Shown here: positions 11,428-21,087 of the stretch, piece after piece
Layout: every line of letters starts with the position of its first letter
Numbering within the stretch: the stretch's first letter is position 1
Assembly (NCBI GenBank): GCA_001661245.1
Contig: KV454013.1
Coordinates: 83,005-147,004 of the forward strand
DNA: 64,000 nucleotides
Direction of reading: 5' to 3'
From: Pachysolen tannophilus NRRL Y-2460
Taxonomy: Eukaryota
Translations under genes and position numbers: made by a program
The notes under the pieces: generated by a model
Seen by the model: only the letters and a program-made list of their open reading frames with translations
What the model was told of the DNA's origin: nothing
Database searches by the model: none

Positions 11428-12708
11428 ATGTCAACTTCTATTGAGATTAGTGGTGGTAGTGCTGCTTCTGACAAGTCGGGGTTATCTGCTCATCCTTTGG
11501 TCACAAAGTCTAGCAAGAATGTTACTTCTTTTGCAACTGAACAGAAACAGGCCATTGATATCCATGGTAATGTCTTCAAAGTTCCAGATTATACTATAAA
11601 AGATATTCTTAGTGCTATTCCAAAACACTGTTATGAACGTAGATTATGGCAATCTCTTCATTATGTTGTTAGAGATATTTTGGCTTGTGTTATTTTAAGT
11701 AAGATTGGTTTTACTTTGATTCCAATGGTTGAAAATCAACTTGTTAGATTTGTACTTTGGGGAGTCTTGAGTTATTCTATTGGTTTATTTTATTTTGGAT
11801 TATGGATCTTGGCTCATGAGTGTGGTCATGGTGCTTTTAGTGATTATACTTCTGTTAATGATACCGTTGGTTGGTTTTTACATTCTTATTTACTTGTTCC
11901 TTATTTTTCATGGAAATTTTCTCACTCAAAACACCATAAAGCTACTGGACATTTAACTAGAGATATGGTTTTTGTACCATACTCTAAAAAAGAATATTTA
12001 GAAGCTAAGGGTAAATCAAAAATTTCTGAAGTTACTGAAGAAACACCAATTGTAACTTTTTTCACTTTGATATTTCAACAATTGGGTGGTTTACATTTGT
12101 ACTTATTAACAAATGCAACAGGTCAACCACATCCAGATCATTCAGCACTTGGAAGAAGTCATTTTAATCCTTCTTCACCAATTTTTGAAAAAAATGATTA
12201 TTGGTATATTATCTTATCTGATATAGGAATGATTTCAACGTTTACAGTTGTTTACTTATGGTATAAGACTTTTGGTGGTTTCAGTGTCTTGATCAATTGG
12301 TTTATCCCATGGTTATGGACTAACCACTGGTTGGTATTTGTCACTTTCTTGCAACACACTGATCCAACAATGCCACACTACGACGCAGAAGAATGGACTT
12401 TTGCAAAAGGTGCTGCTGCCACTATTGACAGAAATTTTGGCTTTATTGGACAGCACATTTTCCATGATATTATTGAAACTCATGTCTTACATCATTATGT
12501 TTCAAGAATTCCTTTCTATAACGCTAGAGAAGCAACTAGAGAAATCAAGAAAGTTATGGGAGAACACTACAGATATGATGGTGAAAATATGTGGAAAAGT
12601 TTATGGAAAGTCGCAAGATCTTGTCAATTCGTCGAAGGTGACAATGGTGTTAGAATGTTCAGAAACATTAACAATATTGGTGTAAAGCCAACCGATAACA
12701 TTGAATAG
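11428..12708 (+). CDS. FAD3: Membrane fatty-acid desaturase, delta-12/omega-3 family, probably omega-3 (FAD3 type)
   Basis: Three His boxes (HECGH, HSKHH, HVLHH). GLWILAHECGHGAF, LGGLHLYLLTNATGQ and WLVFVTFLQH match the yeast FAD3 subgroup better than FAD2, as recalled. Confidence 0.82.
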   Translation: MSTSIEISGGSAASDKSGLSAHPLVTKSSKNVTSFATEQKQAIDIHGNVFKVPDYTIKDILSAIPKHCYERRLWQSLHYVVRDILACVILSKIGFTLIPMVENQLVRFVLWGVLSYSIGLFYFGLWILAHECGHGAFSDYTSVNDTVGWFLHSYLLVPYFSWKFSHSKHHKATGHLTRDMVFVPYSKKEYLEAKGKSKISEVTEETPIVTFFTLIFQQLGGLHLYLLTNATGQPHPDHSALGRSHFNPSSPIFEKNDYWYIILSDIGMISTFTVVYLWYKTFGGFSVLINWFIPWLWTNHWLVFVTFLQHTDPTMPHYDAEEWTFAKGAAATIDRNFGFIGQHIFHDIIETHVLHHYVSRIPFYNAREATREIKKVMGEHYRYDGENMWKSLWKVARSCQFVEGDNGVRMFRNINNIGVKPTDNIE

Positions 12709-12763
12709 TTTTTCAATAGTGGTTGTGGAATACTTCAAGTTTTTCATTTTTTATTTTATTATT

Positions 12764-12796
<33 letters not shown>

Positions 12797-12953
12797 TTTA
12801 TTATAGCAGAGTTAAGATGAACTTAGAAATTATATAACACTTGTGATTTTTGGGAGGTTTTTTTTTTGTGTGTCTTTTGTATATTTAACAACCAGTTTAT
12901 CTTATATAGATAGAAGTATATTACACTATTATCAAATTTACTTATTTATATTA

Positions 12954-13670
12954 TCATTCCGACTCATCTATATCGAGTTTAGTTGCCCCTAAACCTAGCT
13001 GATTACCATAAGTCTTTTTCTGATTAACCTTATCCTTTTTATTCTCTTTTTTCTTTGGTTCTTCCCTATATCCAAGTCCTTTCAAAAAAGCAAGACCAAA
13101 CTGGTCAACTGAAATTTTATTATAGTCAGGCTTTTCATCCAGTATTTCATCATGATCTCTAGACTCTGATTCCTCATTATTAATAATAACCGGATTCTCT
13201 CTCCTCTGAACAACATCTTCTTGATTCCTTATTGATTCCCTTGCCTGATCTTCCAACGATTTAGAAGCTTGAGAATGTGTGACTGTGACTTGATCTACTT
13301 GTTCCTGTTCTTTTTCCTGATCTTTTTCAATCAAATTTAAACCATATTGCAAGTTTGGAACATCATTTAACTTCTTCTTGATATTAGAATTTTCTTTAAT
13401 TAATAATTTATTGGGTACCAATTTAATAACTACATCTTTTTCTAATTCCTCTCTTTTCTTCTCTTTTATACGATCATAAGTATCTATTGATATCTTTGAT
13501 ATTTCTTCTTCTTCTATCTCGTACCCTAAGGCTGCACCTTTCTTACCAACCAGTGGTTTTTTCACTTTATTTGAATTCACATCTTTTAACGAAAAGGAAC
13601 CAAATTTCTTCTTATTTTGTTTATTGGCATCACCACTGGAATCCTTTTGTTTCAATGAAAACCCAACCAT
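12954..13670 (-). CDS. SPP2: G-patch splicing factor Spp2 (Prp2 cofactor)
   Basis: N-terminal GFSLK and G-patch DYNKISVDQFGLAFLKGLGY...LGLGA. Confidence 0.85.
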   Translation of the reverse strand: MVGFSLKQKDSSGDANKQNKKKFGSFSLKDVNSNKVKKPLVGKKGAALGYEIEEEEISKISIDTYDRIKEKKREELEKDVVIKLVPNKLLIKENSNIKKKLNDVPNLQYGLNLIEKDQEKEQEQVDQVTVTHSQASKSLEDQARESIRNQEDVVQRRENPVIINNEESESRDHDEILDEKPDYNKISVDQFGLAFLKGLGYREEPKKKENKKDKVNQKKTYGNQLGLGATKLDIDESE

Positions 13671-13928
13671 TACTTATTTCCCTTGATTTACTGCTTGAAA
13701 CTTTACAGAGAGTTTTTTTTTTTGCTTTTTTGCAATAAATATTTTTATAATTTTTAATTGTAATTTTCATAAAAATATATTTTTCATTTTTTTGACTTTA
13801 TATATATATATTTTAATACATTGATAAGTTTTCCAGGTTAAATTGATCTTGAATCAGAAATAGTAGCTTGTAGGTGGGGATTGGATTGGATTGGATTGGA
13901 TTGGTAAAGGTAAAGGTAAAGGTAAGCA

Positions 13929-14927
13929 ATGGCAGAGAATCATGGAAAGGAAGAAGTCGTTGAGCGTCCAGATGACTTTCATATAGATGTACCATCTGAT
14001 GATGATGATAATAATGCTAATATTAATATCATTGAACCTTTTAAACTTAAGGCTGGTCTATCGGTCAATTCAAAGTCAAGTTTATTGATATTGAATCAAG
14101 AAATCAATATGCCTTGGGTAACGTTTATCAAGATTTGGAATTCTACAAGTTTACATGTATGTGCTGATGGAGGTTCTAATCGATTGTTGCTGTATATTAA
14201 TAAATTTGCTAATTCAACTCATGATGATGATTGCAAAAAATTTAAACCTGATTATATAGTTGGGGATTTGGATTCAATTACTGATAAGACTAGAAAATTT
14301 TATTCTGATATGAAGGAAGAAGTTAAGATATTATTACAAGAGACTCAATATTCTACAGATTTGATGAAAAGTTTATCATTAATCAATTTACATTTTAATT
14401 TTCATAAAGAATTAATTAATTCATTAAAAGAATTTGATGAACATGATGGTATTGAAAAATTAAACAAAAATTTAAATAAAAATTTAGGATTTGAAAAATT
14501 ATCATTAATTGATGTATATATCTTGGGAGGAATTGGTGGTAGATTTGATCAAACAATTCATTCAATAAATCAATTATATCATATTTCATCATATTATCAT
14601 AATAAATTACATTTAACCTTCTTTAATAGAGATTTTGAAGATTTAGTACTTTTAATTCCAAAAGGTTTAAATTTTGTCAAGATTCATAAGCAACAAATAG
14701 GATCAAAAAAAAATCTGAAACATAATAGAGTTGTTGGATTATTACCCATTGGTAAAGAGGTTATAATAAATACCAAAGGTTTAAAATACGATGTAACAAA
14801 TTGGAAAAGTTCGATTGATTCAAAAGTAAGCACAAACAATCTTATTGCAGGTGATAATGGGTTTGAAATGGAGTGCACTGAAGATATAGTCATCAATTTC
14901 CAAATATTTGATAATGATTTTGCATAA
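13929..14927 (+). CDS. THI80: Thiamine pyrophosphokinase
   Basis: VCADGGSNRL, PDYIVGDLDS, QYSTDLMK, GGIGGRFDQTIHSINQL and TKGLKYDV motifs. Confidence 0.96.
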   Translation: MAENHGKEEVVERPDDFHIDVPSDDDDNNANINIIEPFKLKAGLSVNSKSSLLILNQEINMPWVTFIKIWNSTSLHVCADGGSNRLLLYINKFANSTHDDDCKKFKPDYIVGDLDSITDKTRKFYSDMKEEVKILLQETQYSTDLMKSLSLINLHFNFHKELINSLKEFDEHDGIEKLNKNLNKNLGFEKLSLIDVYILGGIGGRFDQTIHSINQLYHISSYYHNKLHLTFFNRDFEDLVLLIPKGLNFVKIHKQQIGSKKNLKHNRVVGLLPIGKEVIINTKGLKYDVTNWKSSIDSKVSTNNLIAGDNGFEMECTEDIVINFQIFDNDFA

Positions 14928-15050
14928 TATATAAAACCTAATAATTAATACAAGTAATTTTCAATTAACTTTTTTTTTACTCCAGTAGTAGTAATTCTCA
15001 CCTACTCTATTGGCCAAACCACTTTGGAGCCAAAAAATAAAAAAAACTTC

Positions 15051-15491
15051 TTATGGGTTTCCATTACCCTTTGTAATCTTACTAATCAATTCCTTTTTCA
15101 AATTGTCTATTATCCTTTCGTATTTCAGAGCTGTAATTTTTTCACCTTGATAATAACCAGCCCAAAACCATGACATTATCAAATTTTTTTCATCTTGAAA
15201 CTGTGACCCCAACTTGTCACCACCTTCACGAGAACCTAAAGTACTAAATATCGAGTTTACCATTTCCTCTGTGATACCACCACCATTTCCAGTATCAGTA
15301 TCAATGGTTGTTTTCCCATCAACTTTTACATCCGCTTTAGTATTAGTACTAGCATTAGCACTAGAAGTTTCTGAATGATATCTATAATACGTATCCACCG
15401 TATTATCCCACTCCCGATCCAACTCCTTCAGAACGTCCTCGCCAAGACAAACAGTCTCATTCACTCCATTAGGACCACCACCACTAGCCAT
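15051..15491 (-). CDS. SMN1: Small SMN (survival motor neuron)-like protein, 146 aa
   Basis: C-terminal KNLIMSWFWAGYYQG resembles the fungal SMN YG box (LIMSWYYAGYYTG). The N-terminal helix ELDREWDNTVDTYYRYHS resembles the Gemin2-binding helix. ATG at 15491. Confidence 0.75.
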   Translation of the reverse strand: MASGGGPNGVNETVCLGEDVLKELDREWDNTVDTYYRYHSETSSANASTNTKADVKVDGKTTIDTDTGNGGGITEEMVNSIFSTLGSREGGDKLGSQFQDEKNLIMSWFWAGYYQGEKITALKYERIIDNLKKELISKITKGNGNP

Positions 15492-15587
15492 ACCTTTCAA
15501 CCTATATTTCTATAACAGTAACATACTATCTTCCTCTCTTACCACTAAAGCCTTCCCAAAAAGCCATTTTGCAAAAACAAGTTTTGA

Positions 15588-15730
15588 AACTTCTCCGAAC
15601 AAACATCTCCGGAAAAAAATAAAAGCCAAAACATCTCCGGAAGAAAATATAGGTTTCCCCTTCTCCATCAAGGAATTACAAAGGAGATTTTTTTTAACCA
15701 AATCTTCTCCGGTTACCTTCTCCCCGGATT
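15588..15730. promoter_or_regulatory. Cluster of TCTCCG(G) motifs in the SMN/LSC1 divergent promoter
   Basis: AAACATCTCCGGAA occurs exactly twice (15601-15614, 15629-15642), with variants near 15590, 15706 and 15720. Confidence 0.5.
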
Positions 15731-16063
15731 TTTCAATTGCGGAAACATTGAATCCGAACTGTATAAATCTTCCAGTAATTCCTTGAACAATTTTGTATGA
15801 TTTTGATTAGGAGTTTTTTTTTTCTTCTTCTTCTTCTTCTTCTTCTTGTTCTTCTTTCTTTCTTTCCCTGTTTTGATATATCAGTTATCAATTTCTTGGA
15901 TTTTAATTTTTTTGATTTTATCAAATTAACTGGTTAGCCAATTGAATTGGAAATTTTCTTCTTTTTTTTCTTTCATTGGATTTTTCCTAATTTTCAGTTG
16001 TGTTTTTTATTATTTTTCACTTTTTGTTGTCAGTTTCAATCAATCATCAATTTTTATTGAAAA

Positions 16064-17044
16064 ATGTTAGGTAAACAATTTGTTCGTAAATTTTCTTCAT
16101 GTCGAGGATTATCTGCTGATTATTCAAAGACAATTCCTAATTTAAAAGTTACAGAGAATACAAAAGTTATTTTCCAAGGTTTTACTGGGAAACAGGCTAC
16201 GTTTCATGCTCAACAAGCATTAGATTATGGAACTCAAATTGTTGGTGGTACGAATCCTAAAAAAGCTGGTCAATTGCATTTGGGGAAGCCAGTTTTTGCT
16301 AATGTTAGGGATGCTATGAAGGAAACAGGAGCTACTGCTACTGGTATTTTTGTTCCACCAACGATTGCTGCAAGTGCCATTGAAGAAGCAATTGAAGCTG
16401 AAATACCTTTAGCAGTTTGTATTACTGAAGGTATTCCACAACATGATATGTTGAGAGTTGCTCAGATCTTGAAGACTCAGGAAAAGACAAGACTTGTTGG
16501 ACCAAATTGTCCAGGTTTAATTGCTCCAGAAAAATGTAAAATTGGTATTATGCCTTCAAATATCCATAAACGTGGTAAAGTTGGTGTTATCTCAAGATCT
16601 GGTACTTTGACATATGAGGCTGTCGATCAAACTACAAAAGTTGGTTTAGGTCAAACATTGGTTATTGGAATGGGTGGTGATCCATTCCCGGGAACAAACT
16701 TTATTGATGCTTTGACATTATATTTAAATGACCCGGAAACTGAAGGGATTATCATGATTGGTGAAATCGGAGGAAGTGCAGAAGAAGATGCTTCTGAATT
16801 CTTGAAACAATACAACTTGACTAGATCAGTTCCAAAACCAGTTGTTTCATTTATTGCAGGTGTTACAGCTCCTCCAGGTAGAAGAATGGGTCATGCAGGT
16901 GCAATTGTCTCTGGTGGTAAAGGAGATGCAAAATCAAAGATTTCTGCTTTAACAAGTGCAGGTGTAATTGTTGAAGAATCTCCAGCAAGATTAGGAAAAG
17001 CTTTATACGCAGATTTTGTCGCTAAAGGTTTGATCAAAGAGTAA
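16064..17044 (+). CDS. LSC1: Succinyl-CoA ligase alpha subunit, mitochondrial
   Basis: [28 protein letters not shown] and the phospho-His motif RRMGHAGA. Confidence 0.98.
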   Translation: MLGKQFVRKFSSCRGLSADYSKTIPNLKVTENTKVIFQGFTGKQATFHAQQALDYGTQIVGGTNPKKAGQLHLGKPVFANVRDAMKETGATATGIFVPPTIAASAIEEAIEAEIPLAVCITEGIPQHDMLRVAQILKTQEKTRLVGPNCPGLIAPEKCKIGIMPSNIHKRGKVGVISRSGTLTYEAVDQTTKVGLGQTLVIGMGGDPFPGTNFIDALTLYLNDPETEGIIMIGEIGGSAEEDASEFLKQYNLTRSVPKPVVSFIAGVTAPPGRRMGHAGAIVSGGKGDAKSKISALTSAGVIVEESPARLGKALYADFVAKGLIKE

Positions 17045-17900
17045 ATCTAATTGAATAGACCAAAAGGAAAAAGGAAGAAAAAAAAAATTATTTGAAATTG
17101 TTCCAATTTGAATTGAAAACTTATTCTCTTTTTTTTTTTTTTCCTTTTTTCTTTTTTCTTTTTTCTTTTTTCTTTTTTTTTACTGGTTGCTAGATTATCA
17201 TATAATTTACAGGATCTCTTCTCCTTATTCCCTGATAAAAAAAGAACTGCTTAATCTTAATAATTTTCGTCATTAATTTGTGTGCCTTTTTTTTTCTTTT
17301 TATTATTATCTTTTTTTGCTAAGTTCAATGATTAGTTTTTGAATGTCTCATTTAAACGTTATGATAAATCTTTTTCTTTTTTTTTTTTTATTCATTCATT
17401 GTTATAAATACAGTTATAAAGATATACGGTTTTTCTTTACTTTTAGACCTCAATTTGCTGTATTATATTGGTGATTTCTGTGATCAATTTGAAGCAAGGT
17501 TGAAAGGCATCTGCACGAAAATAACTAGCTGTATTTATTATAAGTAGAATTACATAAAAAAAATTTTTTCACTTCAATTTTCTATGGAAATACCTCCGAG
17601 GAAAAATCCTATGATCTTTACTTGAATTCAAGAAATATCTGAAACCATTTAGTTTGAATCAGCCTTGAATCATTTATCTTTCGGTCTCTCTATTTTTATT
17701 TTATACCCTTTAACCCCTTCTCCTTTACCCCAATGGAATAATTAAAAAAAAGCTGCAATTTTTCTTAAAATTTTACTAGCCAAAATATGCACCAGATCAT
17801 ACAGATTATTATAAAGACATGCAGCTAACTAGCTAGCTACTTTTTTAGATATATTTATTTAATCCGTTCACACGCTTATTTTCTGTTTTCGGACAATACC

Positions 17901-18914
17901 ATGATAAATTTCATTAACGAAGTTATGGAAATTGTTGAAAGTTGTAATGTTACTTTAAAGCAAATTATTGATCCTACTATGTGGGATATTTTCAAGATGA
18001 CTTTAAATGCTTTGGATATTAGTGGAGTGGAATTTTGTGATGTTTTGCCATTTTTAGAGAGTTGTATTAATTATGGATTTAAGGGGAAATCTATTAACGA
18101 TGAAGCAGTTCAACTTTTAATTGTTCATACTTTAAAGATTTTAAACAATTGCTTTTCAGGTGTTTCTGATTTATCGGTAATTGAATTCTGTTATGATATA
18201 TTGTATAAGGTAATATTAACAGTTGATGATGTTAATAGAATTTTGCCCGAGATTTTGAAAAGTACTAACGGAACATTTAATGAGTTGGGCGGGGTTGATG
18301 CAGATTTACAAGAAGATTGTACGAAAACTTATTTAAAAGTTGGATTGTGTTCGATATATAGGTTTCCGGAAGATACATTTAAGGTATTAGGTGATGAAGA
18401 ATCTAGTAAATTGATGGAATTATGGTTTAATAACAGTGATTCGACATTGAAAACGTTTTTCGATAACAAATTACAAATAATGGCATTGATAAATTTGCTA
18501 AAAGTGCATTATAGTGGGAATACATTACCACCAACTATTTCCCAATCTATTCCTACAGTTAGACAAAAGGTAATCAAATTAATTGAAAATCTACCACAAC
18601 TATTATCCAAACAGCAAGAGTTGATGAAAAACACAATAACTAACAAGGCTCAAAAGGATAGAGGTATTGAAGATTTCGAATCAGAACAAGATTACATAAA
18701 TTTCCAAAATGAGGAATTTCTTGAATACGATGAACTGGAAGAATTAGATTTGTTAAAAGACGTATTACTCGATAATGTAAATGTTTATACCGAATTTGTC
18801 GACAACTTTTTAAAAGTGGGCGATGTTTATAACAAGTTCATGGAAGGTATTAATGATCAGGAATCGATTTCTGTCATTAATGATTGCATCACACTTGTTG
18901 GAGGTAATAAGTAG
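17901..18914 (+). CDS. SXM1: C-terminal third of importin-beta family karyopherin Sxm1 (Kap108), encoded as a separate ORF
   Basis: (DNT)MINFINEVMEIVES, IDPTMWDIF, FLESCINYGF, FFDNKLQIMAL and an acidic C-terminal loop follow the importin-7/8/Sxm1 C-terminal pattern. It continues exactly where the minus-strand ORF stops. Confidence 0.8.
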   Translation: MINFINEVMEIVESCNVTLKQIIDPTMWDIFKMTLNALDISGVEFCDVLPFLESCINYGFKGKSINDEAVQLLIVHTLKILNNCFSGVSDLSVIEFCYDILYKVILTVDDVNRILPEILKSTNGTFNELGGVDADLQEDCTKTYLKVGLCSIYRFPEDTFKVLGDEESSKLMELWFNNSDSTLKTFFDNKLQIMALINLLKVHYSGNTLPPTISQSIPTVRQKVIKLIENLPQLLSKQQELMKNTITNKAQKDRGIEDFESEQDYINFQNEEFLEYDELEELDLLKDVLLDNVNVYTEFVDNFLKVGDVYNKFMEGINDQESISVINDCITLVGGNK

Positions 18915-19056
18915 AATTTATATTCCTTTTTGTCTTTTTTTTTTTTTTTTTTTTTTTTCTATTATTCTATAATCAAACAAATGACTTTCCTTTATTTTCA
19001 TCAATAAAACATCTTCACGGAATTTGTTCATATAGCAAACTGAAAAATCTTCTCCG

Positions 19057-21087
19057 TCATACAATAACTATTTCAATCGAAGGTGCAAATTGTTGTAATA
19101 ATTTGGAAGTTATATCCTTTGATGATGTCATTGATAAAATCATTGTGGTCATAGTTGACAATAAGCCTATAGCCTGGTATTCTTTATTAATATCATCAGT
19201 CAAATTATGGTTTTCTAATAACTCAGTAGCGATTTTAATAAACTGAGCGTTCAAATTACTTGCTATTTGGACTGCAAATGGCTCTAATTGTAAGGCAAAC
19301 TGATCAACAAATTCATCCATTATATCATTGATGATATCAAACTCATGATTATCAGATAAATACAATAATTTTTCCATTATAGATGTAATATGTTCAGAAA
19401 TTGCCTCTTTAACATTTGGTTCGGTAATTAAATTACTTAAAGCATCTACAGCACATACTTGTAAAGGCATACAATCTTGATTTTGGAAACATGTTAAACA
19501 TCCTTGATAAACCGACAATAATACATTCATGTCCTTATATTGATAGGTAAACCTTGCAATAGTGTCACATGCTCTTGTACTTAAAAATTTAAATCTATTT
19601 TGTGGAGATAATTCTGGAACAATAAAAGAATTAATGAGCTGATCCACTTGATTAGAAACTGGTGAAGATTTTTTATCGATTTTAAAAGATATAGTGGATA
19701 ATATTCTTAATGCACCTTCAACTTCTTTAGCAATTTCAACATCATCCATAGATGCTGATCTTTTCGTAAATACATTATTCAATAAATTTAAAACACTATT
19801 GATGATGACTGGGAATCTTTTAAAGCATAAGCTAAATAGCAAATTAATAGAAGCAACATCCGATGTTTTGAAATCTTTATTCATGTCAAAAAATCTTCTA
19901 AAATATTCTTCTGGATCATCTTCAAATAATTCTATAGTTTCATTAGTAGCACATAAAGATTTAAATAAAACATGTTCCAATATACCATCAAATTTCGGTT
20001 GAATCAATTGCCAAGATTCATCAATTCCACAACATTGGTCTATAAATGAAATTAAATGATAAAGACAACTTTCAGTATACAATCTTTTCCCTTGAGACCA
20101 TTCTGCAATCAGTTGCCAATAAATATTTAAAATTTCTGGTACAAAATGACTACTAAAAATTTTAGTAAATTCTGAATCTTTTATAGTTGTTGACATTCCA
20201 CCTCCAAACTTAGCTTGTAATCTATGTAAATTTGCAAAAGACCATTTTAAACATTTCAGTTTTTTATTATTATTTCTTTCTATTTCATCCAAAGAATTTA
20301 ATTCTTGTAAATTATTTGAATCAATAATCAGTAAATGAAATTGAACCCATTTACTTAGATTATTTAAATTATTGATAAAATATGGTGATAATTCTAAAAA
20401 AGTGGAATATTTAAAAATTTTTAATAGCAAATACAACATTTCGCTATATATATTAGAATTTGTATTATTATTATTTGAATTTATTTCACCATTATTTCCA
20501 GTAAAAGATGAAATTAAAGGTTCTGCAATTGCTGTTAAAACTGGGAAACTTTTTTCTACTACTTCATTTAATAATTTTCTATCTTCATTTAAAGACCATC
20601 TTTTCGATTTTGTTATTTCATAAATCAATAATAAACCTGTATAAACATGATCTTGTTGTTTTTGTTCCCTTACTAAACTTAATGCTAAATCACAAAGTTC
20701 TGGCCATTCTTCAATTACCAAAATATGATACAACGCAGTAGTCAATTGTTGCCTAATCTGTTGATCATTACAACTAATTAATATTGAATTAACCAAATTT
20801 TCTCTTATAGATTTTTTTTCATCGGGACTAATAACTAAAATCTTATTATTCCTATTCTTACTAGTATCTAAATGCATCCAATTTTGAATCACCTTGTTTT
20901 TAAAATAAATTGATGAAGAAGCCCTAGTCTGCTTTGAAGATTGTACATCAATAGATAATCCTAATAATAAATTTAAAAAATTTGGCTCATTTTCAAAAAT
21001 AGCCAACTTTAATTCACTTTGTTTTCTAACATCTTGGCTAGGAGAAAGCGTACCTTCCAAAGACTCAACAATCACTGACGAATCCAT
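19057..21087 (-). CDS. SXM1: N-terminal two-thirds of importin-beta family karyopherin Sxm1 (Kap108)
   Basis: IBN_N domain (SSIYFKNKV..W), KWSFANLHRL, FEDDPEEYFRR, EGALRIL, RACDTI and TMTTMILSM. Ends abruptly at PSIEIVIV*, 676 aa, versus about 950-1050 aa expected for the family. Confidence 0.88.
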   Translation of the reverse strand: MDSSVIVESLEGTLSPSQDVRKQSELKLAIFENEPNFLNLLLGLSIDVQSSKQTRASSSIYFKNKVIQNWMHLDTSKNRNNKILVISPDEKKSIRENLVNSILISCNDQQIRQQLTTALYHILVIEEWPELCDLALSLVREQKQQDHVYTGLLLIYEITKSKRWSLNEDRKLLNEVVEKSFPVLTAIAEPLISSFTGNNGEINSNNNNTNSNIYSEMLYLLLKIFKYSTFLELSPYFINNLNNLSKWVQFHLLIIDSNNLQELNSLDEIERNNNKKLKCLKWSFANLHRLQAKFGGGMSTTIKDSEFTKIFSSHFVPEILNIYWQLIAEWSQGKRLYTESCLYHLISFIDQCCGIDESWQLIQPKFDGILEHVLFKSLCATNETIELFEDDPEEYFRRFFDMNKDFKTSDVASINLLFSLCFKRFPVIINSVLNLLNNVFTKRSASMDDVEIAKEVEGALRILSTISFKIDKKSSPVSNQVDQLINSFIVPELSPQNRFKFLSTRACDTIARFTYQYKDMNVLLSVYQGCLTCFQNQDCMPLQVCAVDALSNLITEPNVKEAISEHITSIMEKLLYLSDNHEFDIINDIMDEFVDQFALQLEPFAVQIASNLNAQFIKIATELLENHNLTDDINKEYQAIGLLSTMTTMILSMTSSKDITSKLLQQFAPSIEIVIV

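Noticed and set aside
13878..13924. (GGATT)n and (GGTAAA)n repeats before THI80 as telomere-like or CRISPR-like sequence
   Set aside because: Simple microsatellites with no spacers, internal to a gene-dense region.
17820..19062. Trans-splicing as the way to rejoin SXM1: the N-half ends ATT|GTATGA (donor-like, phase 0) and GCTAAC plus TTTTTTAG lie upstream of the C-half
   Set aside because: The AGs at 17831, 17835 and 17847 are not phase 0, and the bases before the required join (GAC at 17892) are CG, not AG. I saw no extended complementarity between the putative intron halves. Chimeric RNA-seq reads GTTATT-GACAAT over an inverted genome would revive the idea.
17880..19070. Programmed flip-flop inversion like mating-type switching
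   Set aside because: No inverted-repeat pair flanks the segment, and no recombinase or MAT genes are in the window.
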